Made by a program: the position numbers and the translations under genes
Assembly (NCBI RefSeq): GCF_006345805.1
Contig: NC_042997.1
Location: 163,494,001 to 163,558,000, forward strand
DNA from: Octopus sinensis
Lineage: Eukaryota
Length of the DNA stretch: 64,000 nucleotides
Reading direction: 5' to 3'
Notes under the pieces: generated by a model
What the model was told of the DNA's origin: nothing
The model's input: the letters and a program-made list of their open reading frames with translations, nothing else
The model's database searches: none
Shown: piece by piece, positions 1-13,549 of the stretch
Position numbering within the stretch: position 1 is the first letter of the stretch
How the letters are laid out: every line of letters begins with the position of its first letter

Positions 1-65
1 GGAATTGAAACCACAACCTTACAATCATGGTGCTGACACCCTAACCACTAAGTCACGCGCCTCCA
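1..65 (-). mobile_element. SINE family B tRNA-like head, cut by window edge
   Basis: Reverse complement tggaggcgcgtgacttagtggttagggtg...gtttcaattcc has A/B-box-like motifs and matches the + copy starting at 55046. Confidence 0.75.
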
Positions 66-946
66 CTGAGGAGGGATTTGACTTAGTATATATCTTATTC
101 TCTTAGCATCATTACCATTGTTAAAAACATCCCTGTCACTATTGACACTCTTTCTTACTGCTTAACATCTATGTGTTTTGTTCAGTGACAGAGAGGGTGT
201 AGTGCAAGTCTATTTTTTTATCATTAACTCTGGACATGTTTTAATCATATTAGACCTCATCTGTAAAGCTTAGTCTCAACATAGTTCATTAACATTATGT
301 CTTGTTATAATGATTCAAACTATGGAAGATCACAGAGCTCAGTAGTTCATATCCTGACATCAACACTAACCAAGAGTCTTTAATTCTGCTCAAATAAACA
401 AGGTTGCTTGTATATTGTCATTCAACCTGCTAGAAATAGCAGCCAAATCTTTTTGAAGAAAGTTCAAAATTCTGTCAGAAATTTGGCCTCAGAAATAGTT
501 GTGTGACAAACTGCATTTTGTAAAGTATATAGTTCATTTCAGTTTCAGCATCCTATTTATAATCACATTGATGATGATAGCAGAATGTATCATTTTCCCA
601 TATATACTCTTTTAAATGAAAAGAAATAGAGTTTAGCACGGGTGAAGGAAGTTTCTGCTTTTGTAATTAGAATTACTAACATTGGAGTCCATTGGGTTCA
701 ATTTGGCTGTTAATGTAGCATTAAGTTTGTTAATTGGAATAACTTATGAAAATAAAATTGTTGTTTGTCAATTCTCAAAAAAAAAAAAAGTAGTTGAGAA
801 AAATCTATAGTTTCATAAAATTATTAAACAAATTGATTTGATGAATAAATAAGCACACAAAACATAAAGTGAACATTTCACAGATGTTTCATTTTTTTTT
901 ATCTTAACTTTAGAGGAATTAAAATGTGTTTCTCTCTCTCACTCAC

Positions 947-1070
947 ACTTGTGAGTTGTGAATAGGCAATTTCCTGATATGCTTTGTTTAATAGGAGTGT
1001 ATGTTTATAGGAAGGAGGGAGTTGCTTTTGGAAAAGGGATGTTAGAAAATTAAAGCATCCTGCTTTAAAA
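947..1070 (-). CDS. Coding exon (phase 2 to 0) of unidentified minus-strand gene: (Y)FKAGCFNFLTSLFQKQLPPSYKHTLLLNKAYQEIAYSQLTS
   Basis: Acceptor gaattttacag|, donor AGT|gtgagt, open frame, and phase matches the exon at 1904-2018. Confidence 0.62.
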
Positions 1071-1903
1071 CTGTAAAATTCACGAGAGTTCTGATGAAAT
1101 TGTACTGGCATGAGTTTGTCAAATCAATAAATTGCTAACTTTTTTTTGCAATAAGATGTGTTGCTTAATATGTTCATGGAAAAAAAAAAGATAATGTAAG
1201 GAAAAGAAGTGAAAATAACTTTGTGAGCTGATTCCAAATAATCTAATTTATCAAATATTTTTTTTTTTTGTCTAGATGAAGCTATTATTATTTTTTTGAA
1301 AGTAACTTCTTCACTGGTGCCAACCTTTTAGCTTTATGAATATTAGCAAAGTTTGTGACTCAAGTTTTTTTCGTGTCAAATGAGTCAGATTCCTTTAAGA
1401 GACTGTAACATCATGTTGAGTCTCTCTCAAAGAAGTGTGTGCAAGGTAGTTAAATTCATTAAATTTTGAAAAACATTTGCAATAATATTGAAGATGATAA
1501 TTAAAATTTGATGATGGAATTTTTGTCTCTTGACAGTTTTCATTCATTCTTTCATAGTTGATAGTGACCTAGCAAAGAACAAACAAACAAAATAAAAACA
1601 TCAACAAGAAAAACAGGTAAAAATGCATTTTTTTTCTTTCTTAGTATTGGAGATAAAAATAGTATTTTCATTAAAATTCTTCTCAGCATATCTGTGAGAG
1701 TTCTCTGTTTTCTCTGTATGAATAATTTTCCTGCTAGATAGTAACCCACTAGTTTGCAGTAATATAACACTACACAACATACTTGATGTTGAAATTATGT
1801 TTTTATTTCTTTTTTAACTCTGCTGTGCTTTGCTGCATACTAAGGGGTGACCAAATCTGATGAGCTACTACTGCTCACAAAGGTATCCCAGGTACAAACT
1901 CAC

Positions 1904-2018
1904 TAACATCGTAGCACTGTCTCTTGCCACTGGGTCGCTACTGGTTCTTCAGCTCCATTCTCAATGACAAATGCACTCTGAATTTTTCGAGCATTTGGAT
2001 ATATTGTTAATGGAGGGA
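1904..2018 (-). CDS. Coding exon (phase 1 to 2): (V)PPLTIYPNARKIQSAFVIENGAEEPVATQWQETVLRC
   Basis: Strong acceptor ttttttttatttcag|, donor TTA|gtgagt, GC-richer unique sequence, only one open frame, in phase with both neighbours. Confidence 0.68.
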
Positions 2019-2157
2019 CTGAAATAAAAAAAATACAGGTATTTGATAAACATTTTTGCTTTTCATTTACTACACGAGTTAACTATAATTAGTTTCTTGT
2101 TTTCATTTATATTTCAACATGACACAACACTCTTCCACTCTGTTACTCATTCTATCT

Positions 2158-2162
2158 GTCTG

Positions 2163-2214
<52 letters not shown>

Positions 2215-2219
2215 CCTAC

Positions 2220-2283
<64 letters not shown>

Positions 2284-2284
2284 T

Positions 2285-2330
<46 letters not shown>
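2158..2330 (+). repeat. Compound microsatellite (TCTA)n-(TTTC)n-(TC)n
   Basis: Directly visible; explains the IYLS/SL ORFs. Confidence 0.95.
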
Positions 2331-2332
<2 letters not shown>

Positions 2333-2934
2333 TATTACTTTTTATCATGCTGTTCACGCTTTTTCACTACATTTTGTTTTCTTTTTCTTACTTTTTCTTT
2401 TCTTTAAAATACAGTTATGCTTTAAGTTACTGCAAAAATATTTTTAAAAAAATTTGTTGGATGACGATAATTTTTTTTGCATAAACATCAAACAACAGGC
2501 TTTTAGTCATGGGTCAGAGGAGTTTGTAACGTTCATGCTTTTCTACAAAATAGAAATATCTTTAACAGGAAATCAAAATAAGATTATGAACTTAAATTGC
2601 TGAATGTTTACAACTTCTTTATTCTTTACTTTCCTGTGTAAGAGGTCTGAAAATTTATTTAACCTGTTAGCATTAGATTACTGTCAAATGTAATGCTTCT
2701 TTATTTACATTTTTTAAAAATTAATAACATTGTTTTATAGCTTGAAGATTTTGTTGATATGATTGTTTATTTTTAGAATGACTTTCTTGGTAGGGTAGGT
2801 GCGAGAGGCCTGTTCTGGTCAGTTTGAGCATAAAACAGGTAGAATATTTGGACTGGATATGACTGGTTCGAATACTGAAGGATTAAAAATGGAAATTCAA
2901 AGTTGTGATGTTTATATGTCTTTAAGAAGAACAG

Positions 2935-3100
2935 AAGCACAGGTCTAGCTGTGTGGTAAGAAGCTTGCTTCCCTACCACATGGTTTTGGGTTCCGTCCCA
3001 CTGCATGGCACCTTGGGCAAGTGTTTTCTACTATAGCCTCAGACCAACCAAAGCCTTGTGGGTGGATTCGGTAGATGGAAACTGAAAGAAGCCTGTCATA
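2935..3100 (+). mobile_element. SINE family A 5' half, followed by a long (TA)n to ~3260
   Basis: gctgtgtggtaagaagcttgcttccc...gggttccgtcccactgcatggcaccttgggcaagtg matches the other family A copies. Confidence 0.85.
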
Positions 3101-3139
<39 letters not shown>

Positions 3140-3167
3140 TATATATATATGTATATGTATGTATGCG

Positions 3168-3244
<77 letters not shown>

Positions 3245-3389
3245 TAAATATATAGACATACACATACACACACGCAGCTCCAGCTGTGAAATGAAACTTG
3301 TTTGCTGACACAGTTTCCTTAGAACTTACCTCAACACAACTTCCAGCAAACAAGGGAACCTTTATGTGATTACTTAACTTAACACCTAC

Positions 3390-3488
3390 CTCCATGCTGA
3401 TATTTGGCTGTTCCTCTGCACTTATTGTTATTTATGTGCATCTCTGCACTGTTTGGGACCAGTGAGGCAATTGATGCTGCAGCTATTT
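3390..3488 (-). CDS. Coding exon (phase 1 to 1): [32 protein letters not shown]
   Basis: Donor GAG|gtaggt, weaker acceptor cattcacacag|, 99 nt with one open frame; G+TC joins it in frame to the next exon. Confidence 0.6.
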
Positions 3489-4089
3489 CTGTGTGAATGT
3501 ACTTATTTGGGATATTGTTATAGTAATGTTCTGGGGTGTTGTATATATATATTTGGATATTTGGAGGTGGGTTTTCATGTAATGACAGGGACAAGGGATA
3601 TTGAACCTTGCAACAGCAATAAACTTTGTATATTCAGTTGGTCTTTTGTCTTTAGTATTTTTGTTTCATTGTGTCGTGGGCCAGGTACAACTTGTTATAA
3701 TATTTAGCGAATTGTCTTGCGTGTTTTATATTTTAAAAATTTTATATCACATTCTGTGACCTATAGTGTCTTTCGTTGCGGGTTTCCTATAAGCCAATCA
3801 CTGGTTCACTGAAGACAAAAGTGACAAGGGAGTGTCTGTAAGTCAGTGCAGAACAAATATCTAAAAAAATATTTGATAACTCAACACCACCACCACCACC
3901 ACCACCACCACCACCACTACCACCACCATCACCACCCTTATTTACAGGCAGATGTCCTTCACTTGTTTTCAAGTAAGGTCATATTTTCCCATGACTGGAC
4001 ATGTTTTCAAGGAAGATTGGAAACTAATAAACTGCTTGTATGACAGTGACATTTATTTACAACTATACACACACACACACATATATATA

Positions 4090-4243
4090 TGATAGACTTC
4101 TTTCAGTTCCCATCTACCAAATTCACTCACAAGGTTTTGATTGGCACAAGGCTATACTAAAAGACATTTGCCCTAAGTGCCATGCAGTGGAATTGAATCT
4201 GAAACCATGTGGTTGGGAAGCAACTTCTTAACCGCATAGCCAT
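4090..4243 (-). mobile_element. SINE family A 5' half
   Basis: Reverse complement of the family A head. Confidence 0.8.
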
Positions 4244-5089
4244 TTTGAAAAAAACAAGACAAAACAAAACAAAAAAAAGGCATAAAAAACATGGTGGAGT
4301 GGCAGAAATGTCTTGTGAGACTGCCTTTATCTTTTAATCTGGTGAAGTTACTAAAATAAATACCAGTAATATAATGTGTTGAAACAAAATAAACTACACA
4401 CATCTTTTATTTTTTGAAAAAAAAAATAGGGTTGTATTTATTAATATAAAAATAATCAGAAAGTGCATTACCAAAATTCAGGAGAATTAGACATTTTAAT
4501 TTTAAGCTAAAAATCAGTTTCATTTCATTTACAAAATATAAATATAATTTTGACAACACTTCTAATATTGGTATGCGGAAGGGGTTTTGTCTCCTCCCTT
4601 CAACGAAGTTGGATGTAATGGAAATGGCACTGTATTCATTGCTGAGCTTTTTGGTATGGTTTCCTGGACTATGTCTTTTAATTACACTTTATATCATGCA
4701 TGCCTGGAATTGGTGAGGGGAAATATTCCATTGGCTGAAAGTCTTGGAAGTCTAAAATGTTGAATGATTAATCAAATAGAATTTTAAAACAACACACAAA
4801 AAAAATAAGTATCTGCTCATTTTCATACTTCCTAACTAACCAGCACCACCAGCACCACCAGCATCACCACGACGACCACCACCACCACCATGACCACCAC
4901 CACCACCACCACGACGATGACGACGACGACGACCACCACCACCACCACTACTGTTGCCACCACTGCAGCTGCCTTGTCCCCACCCCAAACAACAATAACA
5001 ACAACATTGCCACTATCAGCACTAACATCAGTACCACAACCATTTATATCACATCCACCCTTGCAATAAGCTGACATTCTGTCAGTTAC

Positions 5090-5390
5090 GATGATGAGGG
5101 TTACAGTTCATCAGATCAACAGAACTTACTCATGAAATTAACGTGCAGATGGTTGAGTACTCCACAGACACATGTACCCTTAATGTTGTTCTCAGGGAGA
5201 TTCAGCATGACACAGAATGGACAAGGCTAACCCTTTGAATTACAGGTACAGCTCATTTTTGCCAACTGAGTGAACTGGAGCTATGAGAAATAAAGTGTCT
5301 TGCTCAAGGATGCAATGTGCTACCAGGAATTGAACTCATGACCTTACAACTGTGAGCTGAATGCCCTACCCACTGAGCCACATGCCTTCA
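5090..5390 (-). mobile_element. SINE family B (tRNA head plus conserved central domain)
   Basis: Reverse-complement match to 19235-19545 and to the head at 55046. Confidence 0.8.
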
Positions 5391-5467
5391 TACCTTGCGA
5401 TGATCATATCAACCCTGTCCACCTTCACTTTATACTATCTACTAGTTCGTTGTGGAAAGAGAGTGAA

Positions 5468-5670
5468 AGAGCCTATATGTTGTCACTCAACCTGTCAGAA
5501 ATAGTAACCACATTTTCCTCAAATTATATCCTGCCCTTTTAAAAGAAAGGACGTATTGGATGATTTGTTCCTCAAATACCTGCGCATAGGAGAAAACATG
5601 AGTTGCTGACAGCTGAAAAGACTTCCATTATTGGTCTGTTTGACTAAGGTTTACTTGGGGCCACACAACT
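5468..5670 (+). mobile_element. Old dispersed retroposon-like family with motif acctgctagaaatagcagccaaatctccctc and (CAA)n tail (representative copy)
   Basis: Degenerate copies near 425, 7930, 8870, 11040-11310, 11790, 15680, 39430 and 46170 (+), and 25100, 32980, 39080, 42430, 47340 and 54000 (-). Family name unknown. Confidence 0.6.
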
Positions 5671-5791
5671 ATAACAATAACATCATCATCATCATCAATA
5701 ACAACAACAACAACAACCTACCCACTACAACTCCACCAACAGCCTCTACTTTACAAATTTACAATAACCAATATCAAATATGAGCAGTCAA

Positions 5792-5829
<38 letters not shown>

Positions 5830-5855
5830 TAATAATAATGATAATATTAATAATA

Positions 5856-5903
<48 letters not shown>

Positions 5904-6279
5904 TAAAAATAATAATAAAAAGAAAATTAAAAAGAATAAAAAAAAGGGGTAAATTACAAAAATCCCCTACTAATTGCATGCTATCAGAAATAGCCTTTTC
6001 TGAATCACAAGCAGCATGCACACCCAATATCCATTGATCATTTACAGAATGAAAACAAAAATACTTAAAATCAGTAACGCCTAAGAGATATGATGTGGGC
6101 TGGGTAAGGGGTGGTGGTATGTGTGCATGGGTGGGGCGTGTGTGTGCATGTGTATATGTGTGTGTACATGTGCACATGTGTGTGGGTGTGACAGTGTTTG
6201 TGCAATACGTGACTACATCCTGTTCTAGTATCATAGTGTCCTGTAGCTACATCCACACATGCATGCACGCATACATGCT

Positions 6280-6310
<31 letters not shown>

Positions 6311-6400
6311 TTAAGCATATTTATAAGATATAAATGTAATATGTAGTATGTGCCTATTTTAAACATGTTCCATACAATGATATATATGTATATATATTAT

Positions 6401-6438
<38 letters not shown>

Positions 6439-6443
6439 ATATA

Positions 6444-6576
6444 GTGTAGGAGTGACAGTGTGGTAAGTAGCTTGCTTACCAACCACATGTTCCGGGTTCA
6501 GTCCCACTGCATGGCACCTTGGGCAAGTGTCTTCTACTATAGCCTCGGGATTTGGTAGACAGAAACTGAAAGAAGC

Positions 6577-6617
<41 letters not shown>

Positions 6618-6625
6618 TTATATAA

Positions 6626-6660
<35 letters not shown>

Positions 6661-7071
6661 GTATATATATATATTATATATATAATAATACTAAGCAATA
6701 AGGTTTAGCAACGAGTTGCCTTACCACATACCGATTTAGAAATAGCAGTCAAAGGTTATAGCTATTTCTCTCTACTAAAAGGGGATCTCAGTAAAAACAG
6801 CATTTGGAAGGCACAAACAGGTACCTGTTTGTGCCTTCCAAATGCTGTTTTTACTGAGATCTCCCTTTTTAGTAGAAAAATAGCTATAACCCTTTGACTG
6901 CTATTTCTAAATTCGGTATGTGGTAAGGCAACTCGTTGCTAAACCTTATTGCTTAGTATTACTTAAATTTTCCTCGAATGAGGTTTTACATGCCGAAGAC
7001 TACTTGGTGTAATTGATAATTTTTCCAAATTAATTAATTTCACCCTTCATTATTACGGATATATATATATG

Positions 7072-7117
<46 letters not shown>

Positions 7118-7340
7118 TGTGTATATGTTTGTGTATCTGTGCTTGTCACCCCCAACATTGCTTGACAACTGATGCTAGTGTGTTTACATCCCCATAACTT
7201 AGCGGTTTGGCAAAAGAGACCGATAGAATTACTAGGCTTGCAAAGAATTAGTCCTGGGGTCGATTTGCTCGACTAAAGGCAGTGCTTCAGCATGGCCACA
7301 GTCAAATGACTGAAACAAGTAAAAGAGTAAAAGAGTAAGA
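6444..7340 (+). mobile_element. Full-length SINE family A split by a ~375-bp insert in its (TA)n tract
   Basis: Head 6444-6582; 3' half 7120-7340 ending in an aaaagagtaaaagagt tail. Confidence 0.85.
6686..6961. repeat. 276-bp near-perfect palindrome with no spacer (centre GGTACC at 6820-6825)
   Basis: Left arm taatactaagcaataagg...gcacaaacagg is the reverse complement of the right arm, with only a few mismatches or indels. Confidence 0.93.
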
Positions 7341-7360
7341 ATATATAGGTATAATATATA

Positions 7361-7470
7361 TTGGTTTCAAATTTTGGTACAAGGCCAACAATTTTGGGAG
7401 AGTGGGTAAGTAGATTACATTGCACACCCGTACTCAACTGGTATTCATTTTATTGAACCTGAAAAGATGA
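7361..7470 (-). mobile_element. SINE family C 3' fragment
   Basis: ggtttcaaattttggtacaaggcc...gaaaagatgaaaagtaaagtc. Confidence 0.7.
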
Positions 7471-7534
7471 AAAGTAAAGTCAGTCTTGGTGGCTATATGA
7501 ATATAATATATATTATATCAAAAAAAATATGTGT

Positions 7535-7920
7535 AGGTGCAGGAATGGCTGTGTGGTAAGAAGCTTGCTTCCCAACCACATGGTCTTGGGTTCAGTCCCA
7601 CTCCGTGGCACCTTGGGCAAGTGTCTTCTACTATAGCCTCAGGCTAGCCAAAGCCTTGTGAGTGGATTTGGTAGACAGAAGCCTGTCATACATATGTGTG
7701 TGTGTGTGTGTGTGTGTATTTGTGTGTCTGCGTTTGACCCCCCCCATCACTTGACAACCGATGTTGGTGTATTTACTTCCCCATAACTTAGCGGTTTAGC
7801 AAAAGAGATTGATAGAATAAGTACAAGGCTTACAAAGAATAAGTCCTGGGGTTGATTAGTTCGATTAAAGGCAGTGCCCCAGCATGGCTGCAGTCAAATG
7901 ACTGAAACAAGCAAAAGAGT
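7535..7920 (+). mobile_element. SINE family A, full length
   Basis: Head, (TG)n middle and 3' ccagcatggctgcagtcaaatgactgaaacaag tail are all present. Confidence 0.88.
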
Positions 7921-8567
7921 AATATATATAAATAGCAGCTAAATCTCCTTTAAATTACATTGTACCATTTTAATAATGAAAAAACATACTGGGTAATATA
8001 GTCCTAAATAAACTCTTAATAAGACAGGGTGGTCATGACTGGGATACCTTTAATAATAGATGTGTTCAATCAAAGCTCACTTGGGAATAAACATCAGCCA
8101 AAACAGCATCATGCAAATACCAAGATATTTTGATTGCAGACCAGGACACTGCTATAGTCTCATTCTAAAAATCACTGTCTCTGCCATTCATGATTCAGAG
8201 AAAATAATCTCTCTTCCACAGTCAAATACACAAATACACACACATGCATGTATGTGCACACACATATGCACATAAATGAACACATATACACTTACAGATA
8301 CATACGCAGCTACATAGCTACCAAAATCAATTTTTCTCTATAATCCTAAACTCTGTGCTGAACGTCCAACTACCTATGATAAATCTCAGTGAAATTAGGC
8401 TTCCACTGCTATCACCACGAGCTGTCCATACACAAATGCAAATCCTCATACACACATGCACATACACAGATACATGGATGCATATGCTCATACATGAAGC
8501 AATGGGGACGCCTTATGTGGTTGCTTGACCTGGTAGAAAGAACAACTAAATATCCCTCGTTTCATAC

Positions 8568-8635
8568 TCAACCATCTTGAAACGAGAATGACACACTGTA
8601 TATACCATATTTGAAATACTATATGTACACCAGAT
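8568..8635 (-). CDS. Probable coding exon (phase 2 to 1): SGVHIVFQIWYIQCVILVSRWL
   Basis: Acceptor tcttattttcag|; donor TGA|gtatga was chosen partly because it gives phase consistency. Confidence 0.45.
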
Positions 8636-10306
8636 CTGAAAATAAGACGTGTATATACACACATGTACATGCATGCATACGCATGCATTCACACTCACAT
8701 GCACACATGCACATATGCGCACATGCACACACATGCACGCTCAGCTATAAACCAAAACAGGTTGAAAAGTAAACAGCAAGTAACAGCCCTTTCAGTTGGC
8801 TACCCAACTGCACCACAGTCACTATGATTCCCCCTCATACTGTGAAATGCAACATGGTAAACCACCTAGAGAGCCTCAACATGGTTACTCGAATCGCTGG
8901 AAATAACAGCAAAATCTCCCTCAAATCATAACCTATCCTGCTCCTCACCCCCATGATCACCAAAACCACCACCACCACCAAATCCACCATGCATTTCCTA
9001 TTGCTAACTAAAGTTTCATGTTGCTTCTTGTGGCATGTAGGGACTTGATGTGCCTATCTTAAAGCTGTGATCCATACAGTATAAATTGGGATACACAAAG
9101 TGTAAGAAAAAAACCCAAAAACAGGACAACAGGATACAGATAAATAAAACTAGAATACTCTCAGTAATGGGATTGAAATTATCTTGGGGAAATGAAAAAA
9201 GGACATGATGGATAATGTAGACTGTGCATGAGAAAAAAGCTGGATGGTCATGATTGGAATACCTTTGATTAAAGGTCTGCTCAATTAGGATTGATGTGGG
9301 GCTAAATTAAACAACAACAGTAAAACTGTAACAAACATTTCATGGCAGTATACAGAATTGTATAACATGGTTTCCAGACAAAACTGAAGAATGAAGAATG
9401 GCAAGTGTCCAGCATGCTGGGGTTTATGACTCATTCATAACTACTTGGCTAGCTACAACCATGTATAGGTTGGTTTTGAAAGGGAAGTTACAGTTAATGA
9501 CCACCACCACCACCTACAACAATAACAATAACAATTCTGATACTACCACCATCACTACTATCACCAATACAACCATCATTCTCATCAACATTACCTCCAT
9601 TGTTTTCATCATCATCATCACCACTACCAACATCACTACCATTACCACTACCACCATCACAGATACTACTACCACCATCACAGACACTACTACCACCACC
9701 ATCATTAACACCTTCACCACCGCCATTGCCGCCCCAAATATTACCAGAACCACCTGTTTTATTCATGTTTTTGGCTAGCTAAGTGACCATACAATATTAG
9801 ATAAATAACATTCTATTGAAAATATAAAAAGGCATATAATAGTTTTCAATGGCTAATTAATACAATGCTATTAAAAAGATTTACTTATAATTTTGCGGTT
9901 GTTTTGCAAGGTGTGTTGATCTGAATTAATAATTTAGATAATGATTCCTCCTCATCACTTAAGGCATAGTTTAAATGACTTGAGATTGAGTAAGCTGAAC
10001 AACTGCAATTAAAGTATGCAAGTATCCAGTTTACTATTAAATTTCTATGCAGTTGGCAAAAGCTGGCAGTTTTTGCCAGTCATTCTTTTGAGTTATGCCA
10101 CTCATTAATCATTCATGAAAAACCATTATTTAATGTTGTCACCCTTAAACTCTTGCAGCTATAGAAAGAAAAATGAAAGAAAGAAAAATAACAGAATAGT
10201 TATGGCTGTTTGATCATATGTCTGCTTAATTAGTGATGACCTGGGGTTAAAAAAATGACTGCAACAATAATAGCAGCTTCTGAGTAAGCTGAGAATCTGT
10301 GCGTAC

Positions 10307-10424
10307 CTTAAGCTCAGCCCATTCTGTTTCAAGAGATTAGACCTGGCATCCAATTTCTTCTTCCCCACCTCTATTACAGAGTTCTTTCCTCTCAAGATCA
10401 TGAGCAATGCTCTTTTTCTTCTGT
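10307..10424 (-). CDS. Probable coding exon (phase 1 to 2): RRKRALLMILRGKNSVIEVGKKKLDARSNLLKQNGLSL
   Basis: Long poly-T tract then tttag| acceptor, donor AAG|gtacgc, purine-rich; AG+A joins it in frame to 8635. Confidence 0.52.
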
Positions 10425-10691
10425 CTAAACCATCACAAAAAAAAAAAAAAAAAAATCTATGTCATAATTCAGAGAATGAATTTCCTCATTTTGAGCTTAT
10501 TGACAATGCAGAAAAGTATTAATTATAAATGCTGCTTTGTTAATTGTGAGATTACTTAAATTCCCTACATAAGCTGGGCTTTCTTTCTTTAATCATGCAT
10601 AAATATGTATATTTGCTGCTACACACATTAACAAACATCCACAAATGCATATAGTTGTCTTATATGTATGGACGTCTGTATGTATATCACC

Positions 10692-10724
<33 letters not shown>

Positions 10725-12529
10725 TCTCTTTTTCCCCACTAGCATGACTCTGAAGGTCTGCTCCAGCACAGTGCCTCGCCACTTGTTGTCCTTCGTTGTT
10801 TGATATGCTCAAGAACAGGCACTCAGTTGGTTGAACTAAACCAGTACAGTGTGTCCTCATGAATGTGTGTAATTATTTCAAATGCAAACATAATTTTTTT
10901 TTTATCTAGGAGAGGAGGTAACGCTGCTGAGAGGATAATGTAAATAGATACAAGTTTTAGAAAATTCAAGATAACGAGACTTTAAACTAGTGCTCAAAGG
11001 CGCCTCACTCTGATCACTCATCTTTTAGATAAATCAGGCCATAACTATAAGGTCTGCCATCTTTGAAAAGAAAGGGACTAAGTATTGTGGTCCTAGGTGC
11101 ATTGTGTTTGGAGAAAAAATGAGATGGTCATGGCTGGAATATCTTTGACCTTAGGCTGCTCAACCTGTGGCTAAACAACAACATACTTTTTAAACTCTTT
11201 AACATATGAAGCACAAAATGAGCCTCTGTTGGTTGCTCAACTTGCTAGAAACAGCAGTTAAATCTCCCTTAAACAACACTGCCATCTTATATAAGGAAAG
11301 GTCACTAGTTAATGTATTCCTAGATACTCCTAAATAGGATGGTCACAGAATGCTTTTGTTCATAGACCTGCTTGATCTGGGTTAATTTGTGGCATAATGC
11401 AAATATCAAAAACATATTAAATGTTATCTCAAAAATTCTCCTGGTAACAATTCCCAAATTCCCCACAATATTTCTGATAGTAGCTATAACAAAATTATAG
11501 AGATTATCTTTATTTAGAAAAGGAACAAGTCTCTCAGTAGAACTGCAGTGTTTGAGAGCTTTTGTTTTATTAAATGACAATAAGTAATCTAATGCATGAG
11601 ATATAGTATCACTAGTTAGCTAAACCTTGATATTATTCCTGACATCTGAATACATAAAAAGGTTATTTCATATTTAAAAGAAATGCATACACAGAAGCAA
11701 CTGAATCTAAATGCCATTAGGTGCAATAAAGACAACACCATTTTGGGTTGAAACTCACTGGACAATGAGGGAGTTGTGAGATGGTTGTTTGACCTGCTAG
11801 AAACAGCAACTAAATCTTCCTTAAAACAACCCCCGCAACATCATCATTATTCATTCATTTTATGTCAACCTTTCGATACTGGTCTGGGTTGAACAGGTTA
11901 TCATGGTCCAAGTCAGTTTTTATTCAGAGTTACTCTTTTCTAGATGGGTTGAGGATCACATCATACTCTCCTTTTCTATTTTTTGCTGGATGCTCTTCCT
12001 ATCACCCAGCACTATAGAGGGATTAGTGGATGCATTTTATTGTGGCAGCAGCATTAGAGAAGTTGTATTATTCCTGGCAAGACTAAAATGATCTCTTCAT
12101 TGTATGTTATCTCCATTCATTCAGTTAGCCACATCAGTGAGATGCAATACTAGAGACAGTTTTTTCTTTCCTACATTGCTCCTAGTTCTTTCTTTCTTAC
12201 ACAATTGACTGGGAGAGAGCTAGAACAAGAAAATGAAAGAAAAGAGTAACTAAAAGTGAAATAGGATTATAGAAATGAGAAGGTGATAGATGAGTAGTAG
12301 AATAGGAAGAGAGAGAGAGAGAGAAAGAGAGAGAGGTGCACTGCTACATGAGAGTAGCTGTTATCGAGATTGATTAGGAACAATATGACTGAAAGGGCAA
12401 TAGAAGAGAAAGTGATGAAAAAGAACTAAAGTGAGAGGGTGATGGAATAGAGAAAAAAAAATTAGCAATAAAGTTGAGATGATAGAAGAAAAATGGAAGA
12501 GAGAGAGAAATAAAGATACATATAGACAG

Positions 12530-12787
<258 letters not shown>

Positions 12788-13155
12788 AACTGTAATTACT
12801 TTTAAAAAAGACACATCCAATTATATAGTTCACGATACACAATGTCTGAAGAAAACAATTGGATAGTAAAGGCTGGAGTGCTTTTTTGACAATAAGCCAA
12901 CCTGATCAGCCCTGGCCTTGGCCTAAACAATAATAAAACATATTGATATATATATATGTATGTATGCATATATGTATGTATTTATGTCTAAATCATGTCA
13001 GCATGGAAAGCAGATGTTAAGTGATGGCAAATGATGATGATATATATCTGTAAATTATCAAAACAAGACCAATACAAAGAGTAAGCAATATATCAATTAA
13101 GAAGGCTATTCAGTGACATAATGAAGTGGATTTATTAATCACACAGCCATGCTTG

Positions 13156-13247
<92 letters not shown>

Positions 13248-13476
13248 GTGTGTGTGTGTGTGTTGTATGAAGGGCATCTGGCGATAGAAAATCCACCTCA
13301 GCTAATTCTATCTGACTCGTGCTAGCATGAAAGAGTTGACATTAAGATGATAATAATGAATCTCTGATGAAAACGAATATTTAAATATATAAGTATATTT
13401 ACATACATGCAGAAACCCCCACCACACACATATGTATGTATATGTATATATATGTGTGTGTGTGTGAGTATATATA

Positions 13477-13547
<71 letters not shown>

Positions 13548-13549
<2 letters not shown>

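Noticed and set aside
1-65. Genuine tRNA genes at SINE heads
   Set aside because: A/B-box-like motifs are present but no full cloverleaf, and each continues into a repeat body.
500-620. Terminal minus-strand exon after 947
   Set aside because: Two adjacent acceptors give different short peptides and nothing discriminates between them.
2043-3395. ORFs rich in IY, SL or YI dipeptides (and similar ones across the window, e.g. poly-H, poly-V, poly-T, CV/HT)
   Set aside because: These are translations of microsatellites that lack stop codons.
6968-7005. Second hammerhead (gaatgagg...ccgaagac) in the palindrome extension
   Set aside because: Both core motifs deviate (no CUGA, no GAAA) and stems I and III are not evident.
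10307-10424. Alternative protein-like frame (..LERKELCNRGGEEEIGCQV*SLETEWAELK) rescued by RNA editing
   Set aside because: That frame also hits stops in the 3390 and 1904 exons; the other frame is fully open.
10910-10917. + strand 8-nt microexon (poly-T-ctag|GAGAGGAG|gtaacg)
   Set aside because: Not frame-preserving, antisense to the supported gene, and no partner exons found.
11340-11560. Further minus-strand exon within the 86-aa ORF
   Set aside because: The donor (CAG|gtctat) is weak and its phase 0 end does not join the 10424 exon in the open frame.
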